A stretch of 64,000 bases of DNA from an uncultured Phascolarctobacterium sp. (GTDB lineage: Bacteria > Bacillota > Negativicutes > Acidaminococcales > Acidaminococcaceae), in the NCBI GenBank assembly GCA_964480295.1, contig CAYZOZ010000003.1, positions 152 through 64,151 on the forward strand. The letters are read 5' to 3'. Position numbers and translations under genes: made by a program. Within the stretch, counting starts at the first letter, position 1; the number at the start of each line of letters is the position of its first letter. Shown here piece by piece: positions 18,576 through 29,228 of the stretch. Below the pieces are notes generated by a model that did no database searches, was not told the origin of the DNA, and saw nothing but the letters and a program-made list of their open reading frames with translations.

Positions 18576-18760
18576 CGTTTGCAAGCTTCTCTTTGTTTTG
18601 TAAATGAAAGACAGGGGGAACTTTTATTTTTTGCAAAAAATATCTTTCTACCTAAAAGGAGGATTTACGTTAATGTCGAATAAATAAAAGTCGAGGTGTT
18701 TATATTAAACAAAACAACAGGGAAATGACATCGATTCGTCATATTTGCCTGCTATGATAG

Positions 18761-21700
18761 ATGATGGTGAGTTTTATGCGAAAATATACACGTTTTATTT
18801 TGGTGCTTTTAGTCCTGCTGAGCGCGGGCTATATGTTTTTGGTGCGCACGGTTATGCCCAAGTATTTGGAGCAGATGCGCCCCGTAGCCGAGGAGCTGGC
18901 TTCCGAATATATCAACGGCAGCGTTTCCTTTGGTAAATTGGTGTGGAACGGCGGTTTGACGGCGCAGGTCGACGGGATCACCGTTAGGGACGAGCAGGGG
19001 CGGACCGTGGCGGAGGTGCCGAGCCTACGTATTTATTTGCGTCCATGGCATGCCTTCGACAAGGGCGCGAAGGCCGTGGATAAGCTCGAGCTGCTCGAGC
19101 CGCAGGTTTATCTGCGCATGGACGAGCAGCAGAAGTGGAATATGTCGTCCCTGCTCAAGCCCTCCGATTCTGAGGAAACGCCGTTCTACGGCACGCTGAC
19201 TATCAAGAAGGGACAGCTGCACGTAGCTATGCCCCAGGGCGAGTGGAGCTTCCCCGTCGAGGGCTCGGTCAGCGGGCAGGCGAATCCGAAATTCGCGCTC
19301 TCGCTGTACGTTTACAGCATGGGTGACGAGCTGTATATCAGCGGTACGACGACGACTAAGGGCGAGGGACGCATTAGCGTGGAGGGCGATGCCTTGGCGC
19401 TCGCACCCTACGCTCCCTTGGCGAAGCATTATGCCTCCGTCGAGGATTTGCAGGGCGGCTTGGAGAAGCTGGCGCTGCTTTACGTGAACGAGAATAATAC
19501 GAAGCGCTTTTCCGGCGAGGTAATGCTGCACAATTTGCAGGGTAAGCGCGTGCTGAACGGCGCGGAGCATAGCCTGCGCTTGGACGGCAGGGTGCGCGCC
19601 TTGGATAACGTCGTCAGTGTCAGCGGCTTGGAGCTTGCGCTGGACGGGCAGGAGCTGTGTCTGGATGCCGACGTTGATTTGCGTGATACGGAGAAGCTCA
19701 AGGGTGAGGGCTTGTTGACCGCACCCAAGCTGAACTATGATAAATACGAGCTGACTAAGCTGCGTCTGCCCTTCCGCGTTGCGGAGCAGCAGGTGATCAT
19801 CGAGGAGCTGAGCGCGGGCTATGGCGGCGGCGAGATTAGCGGTAGCGCGACCTATAGCATTGACGAGCAGTCCTTGGTCGGCGACGTGCGTCTGAGGAAT
19901 GTGACGCACGCGGTCGATGACAGCGGGCAGAACGACGTGCATATCGATGCCAAGCTTGCTGTGGTCGCTAAGCAGGAGGAGGATAGGCTCGCCTTGCAGG
20001 CGGCTGCCGATACCATGGACTTGCGTTGGCGCACGCTGACGATTAACAGGATGAGCTTGGACGGCTCTTGGAACGAGCAGGGGCTGAAGCTGGAGCATTT
20101 CAGCGCTACAGCTGGCGAGAAGGGCGTGCTTTTGGCGTCTGGCAGCGTTGCTCACGAGGGTGAGCTGAAGCTGAAGGGACGGATGACCGATTTTCCTATT
20201 AACCCCTTCCTGACTGCCGCAGGGCAGGAGGGCAGGGGCTTGTGCTCTACGGGCTTCGAGCTGGGCGGCAGGCTTGACGCGCCCGAGTTCGCTGGTATGA
20301 TTCAGCTGACGCGCACGGAGTTCATGCAGCAGAAGATCGCCGAGGCGCATGGCTTCATTAGCCTTAAGGATAATCTGCTCAAGGTCAAAAATTTTGAAGC
20401 GCATATGGATCAGGGTATGCACGTTTTCAGCGGTACGATCGATCTGCGTGGCGCGGAGCCCGTGGTGGATATCTCTCTAGAAAGCGATAACGTGCGCATC
20501 GAGCCGATTATGCGTCTGCTGACGGGCGAGCAGGAGGTCAGCGTGACTGGTAATCTGCGCAATGTGATGCAGGTGCGCGGTGTGCTCTCGAATCCTTCGG
20601 TTTATGGCGAGGTGCATGCCTCGGACGGCAGCGCGATGCAGCAGCTTTATAATAATGTTGACGGACGCTATAGCTACGAGCAGGGACGCTTGAAGCTGAG
20701 TGATTTCCTGATCAAGGCGTTCTATGCCGAGATCAAGCTCGACGGCACTATGGAGGCGGACGGTCGCTTGGACTTCGATATGGATGCGCGCGACGTGGAG
20801 CTGAGCCAGCTGCCGATCAAGGACGAGACGATCAGCCTCGGCGGTAAGATTAATTTGAAGGGACGGCTGGACGGTACGCTGACAGGACCGTTTTTCCGCG
20901 GTAACGTGAACAGCGAGAAAATCACGATCAACGGCGAGGCGCTGACGGAGCTTGATGGTACCGTCGATGGCAGGGGCGTGGAGCATAATACCCTGCAGCT
21001 TTCCTTTAAGCAGCCCTATAAGCATGATCCCTCCGGCTATGGTATGTACGCCGCTGACCTGAACTTGAATCTGCGCGAGCAATTCATTCAGGGTAAGGTG
21101 CAGATGATTTACGGCGATATCGGCGGTCTTTTGCGTATGGCGCGTATGGATTACGATATCAATGGTCAGATGCAGGGCAGCCTGGATTTCTGTCCGCAGG
21201 GCAAGGGGAGCGGTGTGCTGATCTCCGTGACGGCGGACGATGTGAAGATTCATGATCTGAACTACGCGCATATGATTTTTAAGGGCAGTCTGCGCAAAAC
21301 CCTGTTGAGCTTGGACGAGGTTAAGCTACAGGAGCAGGACGACGTAAGTGATCGTGGCTTGATCACGCTCGACGGTACTGTCGACCTGAAATCCAAGCTT
21401 TTGAATATCAACATGAGCTCGGTGAAGGCTAATCCGGCGATCGCGACTGCCGTGATGAAGAATCCGCCGGAAATCAAGGGCGAGATGGATTTACAGGCAC
21501 AGCTGCGCGGCACGCTTGCCGATCCCGAGGGCAGCGCCGAGCTGACGATCACCGACGGCTCCGTGTCGGGCGTGGGCTTGGATAGGCTGTACGCCTCCCT
21601 GAGCCTGAAGAACGACGTTATTTATTTGCAGGAATTGGTCGGGACGAGGGATGCCTACGGCGTGAAGGGCGCGGGCGATATTCCCTTGGATGTTTTCCGC

Positions 21701-23077
21701 TCTAAGGAGCAGCGCCGCAATCCGCGTTCCGAGATGAATATAAATCTAGATTTGAACGAAGCACGTTTGGGCATTCTGCCCGCGATGACGAAGCGCGTGG
21801 AATGGGGTGTGGGCGATACCAACGGACAGGTGCGCATCGCCGGTACGCTGGAGGAGCCTTTGCTTTACGGCTCCTTGAAGATCGAGGACGGTGCGGTGAA
21901 GGTGAAGGATTTGGATACCGTGTTGGAAAAGATCAACCTTGACGTTGATTTTCAGGGCAACACCGTGCTGCTGCGCAATCTTTCCACGAAGCTGGGCAAG
22001 GGCAGTTTGACCGCCGAGGGTAGCTATGCTTTGCATACCACCGAGGACGCTGCCTACAAGCTGCACGTGAAGGCGGAGAACGCCGAGCTGGCATCGCAAA
22101 TCTTTAGCGGTCGCATCGACAGCGAGATCGAGATCGTGCCGCAGGCCTATTTCGATCCGCGCAAGCTGAAGGAGGCGAAGAGCAATCGACCGCCCCAACG
22201 CGAATACCGCCCGCTGATCAAGGGTAATGTGAAGCTGGAGGACGTGCTGATCAATATGCCCACGATCCCCGAGCTGGGCGAGGGCGAGAGCAATCTGGGC
22301 TTGGAGCTACAGCTTGATTTGGGCAAAAAAATCCACCTGTATAACAGCTATCTCTACGACATTTGGCTGAGCGGCGGCATGAATATCAAGGGCAGCACCG
22401 TATTCCCCGTCATCGATGGCATGATTAAGGCGGACAAGGGCACGATCACCTACCTGCGCACCGACTTCAAGCTGAAGGAGGCGCGTCTGAATTGGATCGA
22501 GCCGGGAACCTTCCTGCCCAACGTGACGCTGAATAGCACGGCGCGTTTTGCTCGCTATAATATCTTCATGGGTATTACGGGCTCCGTGGAGGAGATGGAT
22601 CTACAGCTGACCAGCGATCCGCCGATGGAGCGCAACACGATCGTGCGTATGCTGACCTTGCAGCGCGACACTGCGGGCAGCAACGAGGTCACGGGCGAGG
22701 ACATGAGCAATCTGCTGAGCGTGGGCCTACAGATGACGGTGCTTGGCGACGTGGAAACGTGGATCAAGCAGACGCTGGGCATCGACCAGTTCCGCGTGTA
22801 CACGGGCAAGGTGCGTTCGGGCATCGGCTTTGAAAGCACGAAATCGAGCAGTCAGGAGCTGACCTCGGACGAGCGCAACCAATATAACGTGCTCGTTAGC
22901 AAGTATTTGAACAATAATTTCATGTTTGGTTATACAACAAGCTTTAATGCACTTGACAGAAGCATTTTTGGGCAGTACGATATTAGCAGGCACATGAATA
23001 TTACTTATTCTAAGAGCTATGATTTGAATTCCAAATCGGAAAACTGGTACGGGCTCGAATACAAAATAAGCTTCTAA
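18761..23077 (+). CDS. tamB: TamB / translocation and assembly module (DUF490) protein
   Basis: N-terminal TM anchor, long beta-repeat body, DUF490-like C-terminus ending WYGLEYKISF; start may be 18776. Confidence 0.85.
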   Translation: MMVSFMRKYTRFILVLLVLLSAGYMFLVRTVMPKYLEQMRPVAEELASEYINGSVSFGKLVWNGGLTAQVDGITVRDEQGRTVAEVPSLRIYLRPWHAFDKGAKAVDKLELLEPQVYLRMDEQQKWNMSSLLKPSDSEETPFYGTLTIKKGQLHVAMPQGEWSFPVEGSVSGQANPKFALSLYVYSMGDELYISGTTTTKGEGRISVEGDALALAPYAPLAKHYASVEDLQGGLEKLALLYVNENNTKRFSGEVMLHNLQGKRVLNGAEHSLRLDGRVRALDNVVSVSGLELALDGQELCLDADVDLRDTEKLKGEGLLTAPKLNYDKYELTKLRLPFRVAEQQVIIEELSAGYGGGEISGSATYSIDEQSLVGDVRLRNVTHAVDDSGQNDVHIDAKLAVVAKQEEDRLALQAAADTMDLRWRTLTINRMSLDGSWNEQGLKLEHFSATAGEKGVLLASGSVAHEGELKLKGRMTDFPINPFLTAAGQEGRGLCSTGFELGGRLDAPEFAGMIQLTRTEFMQQKIAEAHGFISLKDNLLKVKNFEAHMDQGMHVFSGTIDLRGAEPVVDISLESDNVRIEPIMRLLTGEQEVSVTGNLRNVMQVRGVLSNPSVYGEVHASDGSAMQQLYNNVDGRYSYEQGRLKLSDFLIKAFYAEIKLDGTMEADGRLDFDMDARDVELSQLPIKDETISLGGKINLKGRLDGTLTGPFFRGNVNSEKITINGEALTELDGTVDGRGVEHNTLQLSFKQPYKHDPSGYGMYAADLNLNLREQFIQGKVQMIYGDIGGLLRMARMDYDINGQMQGSLDFCPQGKGSGVLISVTADDVKIHDLNYAHMIFKGSLRKTLLSLDEVKLQEQDDVSDRGLITLDGTVDLKSKLLNINMSSVKANPAIATAVMKNPPEIKGEMDLQAQLRGTLADPEGSAELTITDGSVSGVGLDRLYASLSLKNDVIYLQELVGTRDAYGVKGAGDIPLDVFRSKEQRRNPRSEMNINLDLNEARLGILPAMTKRVEWGVGDTNGQVRIAGTLEEPLLYGSLKIEDGAVKVKDLDTVLEKINLDVDFQGNTVLLRNLSTKLGKGSLTAEGSYALHTTEDAAYKLHVKAENAELASQIFSGRIDSEIEIVPQAYFDPRKLKEAKSNRPPQREYRPLIKGNVKLEDVLINMPTIPELGEGESNLGLELQLDLGKKIHLYNSYLYDIWLSGGMNIKGSTVFPVIDGMIKADKGTITYLRTDFKLKEARLNWIEPGTFLPNVTLNSTARFARYNIFMGITGSVEEMDLQLTSDPPMERNTIVRMLTLQRDTAGSNEVTGEDMSNLLSVGLQMTVLGDVETWIKQTLGIDQFRVYTGKVRSGIGFESTKSSSQELTSDERNQYNVLVSKYLNNNFMFGYTTSFNALDRSIFGQYDISRHMNITYSKSYDLNSKSENWYGLEYKISF

Positions 23078-23119
23078 AAAGAATTATGCCTGTAGATTAT
23101 ACGAAGGGAGGTGAAGGCC

Positions 23120-23755
23120 ATGCTTCAGGCTTACTTGGAGGAATTGAAAAAAACGCCCCTGCTCAAGCCGGAGGAGGAGCGCGCTTTGTGGGCACGCTCT
23201 GCCGCCGGGGATCTTGAGGCGCATAGGCAGCTGATGACGAGCTATCAGCCGCTGGTGTTTAAGCTGGCATCGGCCTTCCGCCTGCCCGAGGCTGAAACCA
23301 TGGAGCTTATTCAGGAGGGCATGGTGGGGCTTTTGGAGGCCGCCGAAAGCTATGATTATACGCGTCAGGTGGCGTTCAGCCTCTTTGCCTCCTACCGCAT
23401 CAGGGGCTGCATGGTGGATTATTTGCGGCACTGCGATCGCAAGGGCTTGGTTTATTTAGACAGCGATCTTGGCGAGGGCTTCACGCTGAGCGAGACGCTG
23501 CCCTCCGAGTCGGAAACTCCGGGCGAGTTCGCCGAAAGAATGCTTTTGCAGGAGAAGGTGGCGCAGGCCATGGACAGGCTGCCGCAGAAGGAGCAGCAGG
23601 TGCTTCAGGGGCTTTTCCTCGATGATCGTCCGGCACAGGCGGTGGCGGCGGCGGTCGACGTAAGCCTCGGTCATGTGTATCGCTTGCAGAAGCAGGGCGT
23701 GCGCCGTATTCGCGGAATGCTGTCGCGCTTTATGCACGATTTTAATAAGGAGTAA
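23120..23755 (+). CDS. Alternative sigma-70 factor (group 3-like)
   Basis: Region 1.2 (YLEELKKTPLL..EEE), region 2 (ELIQEGMVGLLEA, FSLFASYRIRG), region 4 HTH. Confidence 0.9.
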   Translation: MLQAYLEELKKTPLLKPEEERALWARSAAGDLEAHRQLMTSYQPLVFKLASAFRLPEAETMELIQEGMVGLLEAAESYDYTRQVAFSLFASYRIRGCMVDYLRHCDRKGLVYLDSDLGEGFTLSETLPSESETPGEFAERMLLQEKVAQAMDRLPQKEQQVLQGLFLDDRPAQAVAAAVDVSLGHVYRLQKQGVRRIRGMLSRFMHDFNKE

Positions 23756-23929
23756 AAAAGTATTTTGAGTGTAATTGGCGTGCAATTTCGAGCAAAACAC
23801 AGCTAATGACGCTAAAATAAAGCTAATCGCTCTAAACAGCTTGTGAATCTTCTTTTTGAAATACTGATTTTATTTCATAATAGTTAAGCCGAGCCCGCAT
23901 TTGTGGCGAAGGCGGAAGGGAGAAGGCAC

Positions 23930-24430
23930 ATGGCGCAAACGGGTAGGTCCCTGTTCAGGCGTATCCGCACTGTGAAAAGCAGTCTAGAGAACGCGGAACG
24001 CAGCTTTAAGGACAATCAGGAGCTACGTGGCGAGCTGGATTTGATGCTGGCGGAAGCGGAGCTGAAGAATTTGCGCCGCAAGCAGGACGTTCCCTGGAAC
24101 TGGAACCGACAGCTTTTCGCTGGCTGCGCGGCATTGCTTTTGGTGCTGGCAGGCGTGGGCGGCTGGTATTTCGCCCGCGGTCATTATAAGCAGCGTCAGT
24201 CGCCGCCCCCCACTAAGGCGCAGGCGCTTACGCAGGCGGCCGCGCTCAAGCAGGAGGCTTCGCTCAAGGCGCGGGAGCAGGCTCCTGTCGCTAATGAGAG
24301 TACTAATACGCAGGCTACCGATTCCTCTCCTCAGCCTAAGCAGGAGGAGCAGAGTCAGGTTAAGATATCTAAGGCCGATATGCAGCGTTTGGTGCGTTCG
24401 GCACGAGTTGAGCTGAGCAATTCCCGTTAA
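23930..24430 (+). CDS. Single-pass membrane hypothetical protein
   Basis: Helical N-domain, one TM (LFAGCAALLLVLAGVGGWYF), low-complexity linker. Confidence 0.75.
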   Translation: MAQTGRSLFRRIRTVKSSLENAERSFKDNQELRGELDLMLAEAELKNLRRKQDVPWNWNRQLFAGCAALLLVLAGVGGWYFARGHYKQRQSPPPTKAQALTQAAALKQEASLKAREQAPVANESTNTQATDSSPQPKQEEQSQVKISKADMQRLVRSARVELSNSR

Positions 24431-24472
24431 AGCGGACTGCTCCGAGAAAAGAAAAATATCAAGGAGGAATCA

Positions 24473-26344
24473 TTGATGAAAAGAAGCTTTAGACGACCTC
24501 TTTCGGTGGGATTGACAGCCATGCTTTTCGCCCTGCCCGTATATGCGGAGGAGGCGAATGTGGACAGCGCTCCCGTCGCTGCTCCGGTGGTGCAGGACGC
24601 GCCGACGCAGGCAGCGCCCACGGAGGCCGATAGATTAGCACCCTATCTTGGCAAGAAGATCACTAAGCAGATCATTAAGGGCAACGTGAACATCAGCGAG
24701 GAGGAGATCGCCTCCGCCCTAAAGACCAAGCAGGGCATGGAGCTGACCGAGGAAGCGATCACCGAGGATCTGAGCGCTATTTATGATTTGGGCTGGTTCT
24801 ATGATTTGCACACGGAGTATAATCTCGTGCCCGAGGGCGTGCAGGTTATCTATAACGTGCTGGAAAACCCCTTGTATAAGCAATATAAGGTGAACGGCAA
24901 CACCGTCATCCCCGCGGATAAGGTGAAGGTCTGCTTCGATTTGGAGCAGGATAAGACCGCTAACCTGAAGCAGATTAATAAATGCGTGCAAAAGCTGGAG
25001 GAGGAGTACCGTTCCAACGGCTATATTCTGGCGCGTGTATCCGACGTGCATATGGAGCAGGACGGCACGCTGAACGTCACCGTGAACGAGGGCGTTGTCG
25101 AGGGCTTCAAGGTTAAGGGCAACAAAAAGACGAAGGACTACGTAATTACCCGCGAAATGAAGCTCAAGGAGGGCAAGCCCTTCAACGCTAAGGCGGCACG
25201 CCGCAGTATGCAGCGCGTGTATAATTTGGGCTATTTCGAGGACGTAAACGTGAAGCTGAACCCCGGCCGCGAGCCTAACGGTGTCGAGGTGGAGATTGAT
25301 GTTGTCGAAATGAATACCGGTACCTTCGGTATCGGCGCAGGCTACAGCAACGCCGACGGCTTTATCGGTATGGTTTCCATAGGCGATAAGAACTTCCGCG
25401 GTATCGGCGATAAGATCAATATCCGCTGGGAATTCGGCGGCGAGGATAATAAGAACTATGATTTCAGCTACACCCGTCCCTGGATCGACAGTAAGGAAAC
25501 GGCGGCTACCCTGAATTTGTACGATATTACGAACGAGTACGCCGATTACGATATCAACGGCGACGAGATCGCGCGCTATGACAAGAAGCGCCGCGGTCAG
25601 GAGCTGACCTTTAGTCGCAAGACCAATAACGAGTTTATCAGCAATTACGTAACCCTGAAGAATCGTGAGGATATCTATAAGGGCGAGGCTGACGGCTACG
25701 AGGGCGATAAGAATCAGTATTATGAGAGTCAGTTTAATGATAGTAATAGATTTAAGCCTTGGATGCCGCAGAGTGCTGCCGAGCGTCGCAAGGAGAACTT
25801 CGGTAAGACGCGCTCTCTGACCATCGGTCGCGTATACGACTCCCGCGATAACGTATACGATCCCCATGAGGGCAAGCGCATAGCCTACAGCCTGGAATGG
25901 GCAGGCGGCTTGGGCGGCGATTTCGATTTCACGAAGTTCACCGCTGATTGGCGCTACTACTATCGCGCAGGTGGCGAGAACGTTTGGGCGCTGAATTTGG
26001 GTGCTGGCTATGCCGACGGCGATATGCCCCTGTCCCAGCGCTTTACCATGGGCGGCAGCGACACCCTGCGTGGCTACGAGGACGATCAGTTCCGTGGCAA
26101 CAGCATGGTGAAGGCGACCTTGGAATATCGCTTCCCAATTGTTAAGAAGGTACAGGGCGTGCTCTTTACCGATAACGGCTATGCTTGGGATAAGCGTCAT
26201 CAGGACGATTTCGACTTAGGTTTGATCAAGAACAGCGTCGGCGTCGGTATGCGTATCAATTCTCCTTTGGGCCCCGTTAAGCTTGATTATGGCTATGGCA
26301 GGGACGGCGGTAAGTTCCACTTCAGCTTCGGCGGTCAGTTCTAA
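24473..26344 (+). CDS. bamA: Omp85/BamA outer membrane assembly factor
   Basis: POTRA repeats, LRGY motif in loop 6, C-terminal FHFSFGGQF. Confidence 0.93.
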   Translation: MMKRSFRRPLSVGLTAMLFALPVYAEEANVDSAPVAAPVVQDAPTQAAPTEADRLAPYLGKKITKQIIKGNVNISEEEIASALKTKQGMELTEEAITEDLSAIYDLGWFYDLHTEYNLVPEGVQVIYNVLENPLYKQYKVNGNTVIPADKVKVCFDLEQDKTANLKQINKCVQKLEEEYRSNGYILARVSDVHMEQDGTLNVTVNEGVVEGFKVKGNKKTKDYVITREMKLKEGKPFNAKAARRSMQRVYNLGYFEDVNVKLNPGREPNGVEVEIDVVEMNTGTFGIGAGYSNADGFIGMVSIGDKNFRGIGDKINIRWEFGGEDNKNYDFSYTRPWIDSKETAATLNLYDITNEYADYDINGDEIARYDKKRRGQELTFSRKTNNEFISNYVTLKNREDIYKGEADGYEGDKNQYYESQFNDSNRFKPWMPQSAAERRKENFGKTRSLTIGRVYDSRDNVYDPHEGKRIAYSLEWAGGLGGDFDFTKFTADWRYYYRAGGENVWALNLGAGYADGDMPLSQRFTMGGSDTLRGYEDDQFRGNSMVKATLEYRFPIVKKVQGVLFTDNGYAWDKRHQDDFDLGLIKNSVGVGMRINSPLGPVKLDYGYGRDGGKFHFSFGGQF

Positions 26345-26362
26345 TCAAGAAGTGAGGCTGCT

Positions 26363-27667
26363 ATGCGCTTGAAACTTATGCGAAAGCTGAAATTGAATAT
26401 CAAGCCGAAAAAGCTAATGCTGCTTGCTGCAATGACGATTTTGCCATTGCAGCAAGCTTTTTCTGCACCTATCGGAGAGGTGCGGGTGCAGGTCGTCGAT
26501 CTTAACGGCGGAACGAGCGAGCTTTTGCTGCGCAAGATGAGCGGCAGTATGCAGGTCGTCGCCGAGCAGCTTTTGCTCGATAAGGACGAGGTGGCGGTGC
26601 GTGGCTCGCAGGCTGAGTACGAGCGCCTTTTGCAGGAGATCGGCGACAGGGTATTCACGGGCTACGAGCTGCGAGATGTGCGACTGCGTGCGGGAGAGAG
26701 CGCGGAGATCACGCTTTATGCCGCGCCCTGGAGCGCGACGATCGAGAAGCCGATGATCGATTTGCAATTTTCCGGTGTGGAGGAGGAGACCGCGCGGCTG
26801 CTGTACGCGCGCGTGCCCACGCTCAAGCAGGATCTGGAGCAGGCTATCAGCGGCGCTTCGGTCGGAGCGGGCGATTGGGCAGGCGGCGTGCTGCGCAGGC
26901 TGGTGCGTGAACGTGTCGAGAGCGCGCTGCCGGAGTTCAAGGCGGCGGTGGACGTGGTGGCTCAGGACGAGGGCACCGTGGTGCAGGTGGTGATCTACCC
27001 CGTGGGACAGCTGGTGACGAATATTCGCTACGAGCTGCGCAGCGAGGCGATTCCCAATATCCTGCTCATGGAGCTGAAATATAAATACATGGCGGAGTGC
27101 GACAGGCTGCGTGGTCTGCCCCTCGCCTATGTGGAGCATCATCGCGAGGAGCTGGAGGAGCTGCTCAAGCAGAAGCTGCTTCAGGAGGAGGCTGTGCGTA
27201 GCTTCGATTTGCAGCCGGAGGTTAAAATTAACCCCGCCGCTAATTTAGAGGTCAGCATCATGATCAACTCCGATAAGTATAAGCTTTGGTTTGAGGGCTA
27301 CGGCGATGTGGGGCGTGAGAAGGATAATCTCTCCGGTAAGGCGCACGTGGGTAAATTCATTTCGCCCAAGGACGAGCTTTTCGGCGAGGCGGAGATCATT
27401 TTGGACGACGTGCATTGGCGCTTCGGTACGGGCTATGCGCGCTACTGGGGCAAGAGCGTTTGGAGCTATACGCGGAGAATGCCCGTCGGCGAAAACGATT
27501 ATCGCTTGGAATATAACCTCAGTCCCAAGTGGCGCTTGCGCGCGGAGCATTTTTCCGGCGAGAACAGGAACGAATTCGGCGTGCGTTACCGTATCCATGA
27601 GTTCCTGAGTGCGGAATATGTGCGCGGCGGCGACGAATTCTATTTGCGGATTATCGGAAATCTGTAG
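26363..27667 (+). CDS. Exported protein with three POTRA-like repeats and beta-strand-rich C-terminus
   Basis: Signal peptide; three ~90-aa beta-alpha-alpha-beta-beta units; aromatic alternating strands at the C-terminus. Confidence 0.65.
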   Translation: MRLKLMRKLKLNIKPKKLMLLAAMTILPLQQAFSAPIGEVRVQVVDLNGGTSELLLRKMSGSMQVVAEQLLLDKDEVAVRGSQAEYERLLQEIGDRVFTGYELRDVRLRAGESAEITLYAAPWSATIEKPMIDLQFSGVEEETARLLYARVPTLKQDLEQAISGASVGAGDWAGGVLRRLVRERVESALPEFKAAVDVVAQDEGTVVQVVIYPVGQLVTNIRYELRSEAIPNILLMELKYKYMAECDRLRGLPLAYVEHHREELEELLKQKLLQEEAVRSFDLQPEVKINPAANLEVSIMINSDKYKLWFEGYGDVGREKDNLSGKAHVGKFISPKDELFGEAEIILDDVHWRFGTGYARYWGKSVWSYTRRMPVGENDYRLEYNLSPKWRLRAEHFSGENRNEFGVRYRIHEFLSAEYVRGGDEFYLRIIGNL

Positions 27668-27673
27668 CTATTC

Positions 27674-27702
27674 TTGAAAGAATGAGCTTATGCTGATATA
27701 AT
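27674..27702 (+). promoter_or_regulatory. skp promoter
   Basis: TTGAAA-N17-TATAAT with TG extension. Confidence 0.7.
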
Positions 27703-27757
27703 ATTCTATATTCGTGTTTTTAAATTTTTTTGGTTAAGAAGGTAGGGATTTTTAGTT

Positions 27758-28243
27758 ATGATGCAGCAATTGCGCAATCCTAAAAACGTAAAGGTAGTTT
27801 CTCTGTTTATCGCGGCGGTCTTCGTCATCGGCTGCTTCGCTCTGTCCTTGACGCAGAGCGGCTTCGGCAAGAGCGCCTCCGCGGCGGCCAGCGAGTCTGC
27901 CATCGGCGTGGTTAATTATCAGATGCTTATCGCTCAATGCCCCGATATCAAGGACGTGCAGGAGAAGATGAACACCGAGATCGAAACGGCGCAGAAGGAG
28001 TTCGAGGAGAAATCCAAGGGCATGAATGATGCCGAAAAAAGACGTTATTTCGCACAATCCCGCGAACGCCTGCAAAATAAGCAAACCGAACTGATGGAGC
28101 CTGTGAACAAAAAGATCGAGGAGACCATTAAGAAGGTTGCCGATAAGAAGGGCTTGGCAGTGGTAGTGGAAAAGAACACCGTGGTTTACGGCGGCTTGGA
28201 TATTACCGACGAGGTCGTAAAGGCTTTACAAGCTGCAAAATAA
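27758..28243 (+). CDS. skp: OmpH/Skp family chaperone
   Basis: IGVVNYQ...coiled coil...KKGLAVVVEK..VVYGGLDITDEV. Confidence 0.9.
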   Translation: MMQQLRNPKNVKVVSLFIAAVFVIGCFALSLTQSGFGKSASAAASESAIGVVNYQMLIAQCPDIKDVQEKMNTEIETAQKEFEEKSKGMNDAEKRRYFAQSRERLQNKQTELMEPVNKKIEETIKKVADKKGLAVVVEKNTVVYGGLDITDEVVKALQAAK

Positions 28244-28281
28244 GCAGTGACGATTGACGAGGATTTTCCGAGGAGGCTTCC

Positions 28282-29214
28282 ATGGACAGATCAGGTATTA
28301 TAAAGCTTGGCGCCGTGCTGTTTGCGGCATTGGCGATTTCTGCCTGCGGCACGGGTCTCAACGGGAAAAGGCAGGAGAAGGTGGCGGTCGTCAACTGGCA
28401 GCGTGCCACTGAGGCGCATCCTGAATATAAAAAGCTGGAGCAGGGCGAGAGGATCCTTAAGGATTTGCTCGCTAAGCGACAAAATCAGGAGGAGCTGGCG
28501 AAGACGCAGATGGGAAGCTTGGATAAGCTTCGCGCCTTGCGGCAGCTCAGCGAAAGCAGCTATTTGCAGGCTGATTTGGATACGCGCATGGTGGAGCTGC
28601 GCGAGCGCGAGCAGGTCAAGCTGATAAAATTCACGGCGCAGGTGCGCAAGCAGGTCGACGAGCAGCTCGCTCCGCAGACCAAGGAGATCGAGGACAGCTA
28701 TCAGCTGGAGATCTTCAATTTGCGCGCGCTTTTGGAGTCGGTGAAGATGAAGCCGGATGAGCGTGCGGCGGTGGAGGAAAAGCTCAAGGCCGTACAGCGT
28801 GAGCGCGGCAGTCGCATTATGGAGCTGCAAAAGCAAAGACAGGCGCTGATGGAGGAGCAGCTCGCTCCCTATCGCGAGAGTATGCGTCAGCGCATGACGG
28901 AGGCGGCGGAGGAGCTGCGGCAGCAGATCTTCTCGCAAAGGGAGGATAAGGCGAAGCAGGAGCAGGAAATGCTTGGCTTAGCACCTAAGGCTTTGCATAA
29001 CGTCCTGAACATCATGGACGGGGAGATCGACAAGCAGCAGGAGAAGAACGACCGTCTGCGTAAGCAAATTGACGGCGATATTTCCAGTCAGGCGGTGAAG
29101 CTGGCTCATGAGCGTGGATACACGATCGTATTCAATCGCTTTAAGGCCAATGTTAGCGCCGAGGATATCACCGATAAGGTAATCGAGGATCTGCGCAAGC
29201 AGTCCGGAAAATAA
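28282..29214 (+). CDS. Extended OmpH/Skp-like lipoprotein
   Basis: Lipobox AISAC, VAVVNWQ, long coiled coil, terminal GYTIVF...EDITDKV. Confidence 0.75.
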   Translation: MDRSGIIKLGAVLFAALAISACGTGLNGKRQEKVAVVNWQRATEAHPEYKKLEQGERILKDLLAKRQNQEELAKTQMGSLDKLRALRQLSESSYLQADLDTRMVELREREQVKLIKFTAQVRKQVDEQLAPQTKEIEDSYQLEIFNLRALLESVKMKPDERAAVEEKLKAVQRERGSRIMELQKQRQALMEEQLAPYRESMRQRMTEAAEELRQQIFSQREDKAKQEQEMLGLAPKALHNVLNIMDGEIDKQQEKNDRLRKQIDGDISSQAVKLAHERGYTIVFNRFKANVSAEDITDKVIEDLRKQSGK

Positions 29215-29228
29215 GGATAAGAGAGGTT

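Noticed and set aside
23756-23929. Search for an alternative-sigma promoter upstream of the membrane protein and bamA
   Set aside because: No convincing sigma-28 or ECF-type consensus could be recognised by eye.
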